From Squalus acanthias (Eukaryota), in assembly GCA_030390025.1 (NCBI GenBank), contig CM059425.1, forward strand, positions 43,462,001-43,526,000: 64,000 nucleotides of DNA. Direction: 5' to 3'. Positions 61,861-64,000 of this stretch are shown in pieces; positions within the stretch are counted from its first letter, which is position 1; each line of letters starts with the position of its first letter. Made by a program: the position numbers and the translations under genes. The notes under the pieces were generated by a model. That model was given only the letters and a program-made list of their open reading frames with translations. It had not been told where the DNA came from and did no database searches.

Positions 61861-63859
61861 TATCACTGGTGCTTGAAGCAAGCGACTGATGAAGGTGGCA
61901 CAGATAAAATTAGCTGACTTGTACATATTGCCAACTGACTCATACAATAGTAAGAATATAGGAAAATATTGGCAGTATATCTTATATCAGCTATCTTTGT
62001 AATGAGATATTTGGGATATTCGCCACCTTATATACATCAAGTAATGCTAAGCTACAATGGTACAGTTAGGTAAGTCTACTTAGCTGTCAGGATTTCTGTA
62101 CAGGACACATACATTTAAATCCTTTTGCCCAGTGGTCTGACTGCATGCAGGTGAAAAAATAGTGTGTCATGAACACTGGCACCATCGTACTGTTTTCCTT
62201 GTCCTCCTGTAGGGATAACGGAGAGCTATGTTACTATTGAAGACTGCTTATTAATTAACCTAATTGGTGCATAAGATAATACGTAACCGTTTAAATTCTG
62301 ATCAGCTAATATTTACAGGCGAAAGAGTGAAGTTGCTTTGAAATAAGAAAAAGAATGAAATTAACTTGCATTCTGCTTTTGCTGTATGTCAATTCTGGTT
62401 TCATGAATATCACTGAGAACTTATTTTACACTACTTTAATAATTTATACTGCTAAGTCTTAGAACCACCCAAAAAGGAATAATGGAATTTTAATCCATCC
62501 TACATACTTTATAGAATCATTGACTTCACACATATCCTGATGCCCAGTAGGCATAATATATACTCTTTATGTTTCAGCTACTAACATACAGGTAATTTCT
62601 TCTGATGCCATGACTATGTGATTTGCATATTCTTTTATCCTACCACTCCATTATGAATACAGATTATTTAATACATTTTTTGAAGGAACTCTAAACAGGA
62701 GGCACATTAGCAGCACAAGGGTCTCTCAAATATTCAAATGAGAATGATCTCCATGGTGATGATACTTGGTAACAATTATGGTCAGTCCATGCAGCTGGGA
62801 CACATCGTGACCTTACACTGAGCAAATCCTAATGGGTTGTTGGTGAAAAGTATTGATTTCAGTTTTATTTTGCGATTGCTGGATTTAAAGCCTTGACATT
62901 TATGATGATAATATATGGAATTTTCTTTTATCTATTCTGTGTAGCTTATATTTTATTAACAAAAAGGGTCTTCTTTGGAATATGCCAAAATTATTGTGAA
63001 AGCCACAGCATTTACTGGTTATTAGTAACTAAGGGGGTAATTTGAACTTTTGGAGGTGGTGTGAATGGGGTGGTATCAGATCGGCCGCCTGTTATACACC
63101 CCGCCCAACTTACATTAAAATCAGCAGAAAGAAAAATCAGGCAGGGTGTATAAGAGGAGGCTGATCTGATATCGGCTGTTTTAAGTTACCGTTTTAAGGA
63201 ATTTTAAATGAACCCCCACCCCTCTGCAAGCTTTAAGGATGATATATCCTTTGAGGACAGCAACAAAATTAAGATTCAAATATGTATGTCCAGCCCATGA
63301 GCCAGGGCTTTTATAAATATGTTGTGGATCAGTCCAACTTTTATACTATATAAAATTCATTGCTACATATTTCCAGAATATAAGCTTGGTGATGTTATCT
63401 AAAAGAATGCAATGCACATTGTGAAAACTGATATGAATCTTTCAGCACTCAAAGAGTTAAGGTGTGCCTGACCTATAAAACCTTGTAATATATGGTCTAT
63501 TAATGCTGAGGATTTTAAATTTAGTTTTGATCTGAATTACAAATCAATTCTGATTATTGTTTACCCTGTACGAACACCATTCATTGGGATGACTGATAAT
63601 TACAATAATAAAAAAAATCACCTTGTGGCTTTCTGCAAATGCTCAGCTTTTTAAAATCCAGATAATACAGCAGATAACATTTTCGAGGTTATTTTCTGAG
63701 CCGGTGCCGTTGGCGTGGTCTTGCCCACCTTCAGTTCTTATACGCGTTGCAAGTGGTCAAGGCTCCAGGCTGGCAGCTTGGACTCATGAAATTGCCCCTT
63801 ACATCTCATAGAATTGTCTATTGCCATTTTCATTATGCGGAGATGCTGGTGTTGGACTC

Positions 63860-63942
63860 TACCTGACGAAGGGGCAACAGCTCCGAAAGCTTGTAATTTT
63901 AAATAAATCTGTTGGACTATAACCTGGTGTTGTGCGACTTCT
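63860..63942 (+). mobile_element. Penelope-like terminal fragment with minimal hammerhead ribozyme motif
   Basis: tac-CTGACGA-a-ggggc-aaca-gctcc-GAAA-gc-tt-gta followed by aataaa and gttggactataacctggtgttgtg. Confidence 0.7.
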
Positions 63943-64000
63943 CATTTTTGGCCATTTTCATTGACATTGATCTTGTCTTACCAGAGTGCTGATCAATTCG

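Overview
Vertebrate genomic DNA, most likely a shark or other chondrichthyan (inferred from the repeat families). It reads as a repeat-rich intron or intergenic region with no confidently identifiable host protein-coding gene. Main contents: (1) a young, full-length but disabled Ty3/Gypsy LTR retrotransposon (584-5016; 194-bp LTRs differing at 1 position; GAGAT target-site duplication, TSD) inserted in an RTE LINE, with no tRNA primer-binding site (PBS) but an 11-nt self-complementary one; (2) many CR1, L2, RTE and DeuSINE fragments; (3) a PIF/Harbinger series from a decayed two-gene element to palindromic MITEs; (4) Penelope-like terminal fragments carrying minimal hammerhead ribozyme motifs; (5) four minisatellites; (6) an old palindrome with arms of roughly 390 bp, broken up by nested insertions; (7) an ORF1-less CR1-group LINE whose 5' end is shared with a tRNA-headed SINE. 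Low-confidence minus-strand exon candidates and an E-box/CCAAT cluster hint at a host gene on the minus strand. All family names come from motif recognition by eye, not from database searches.
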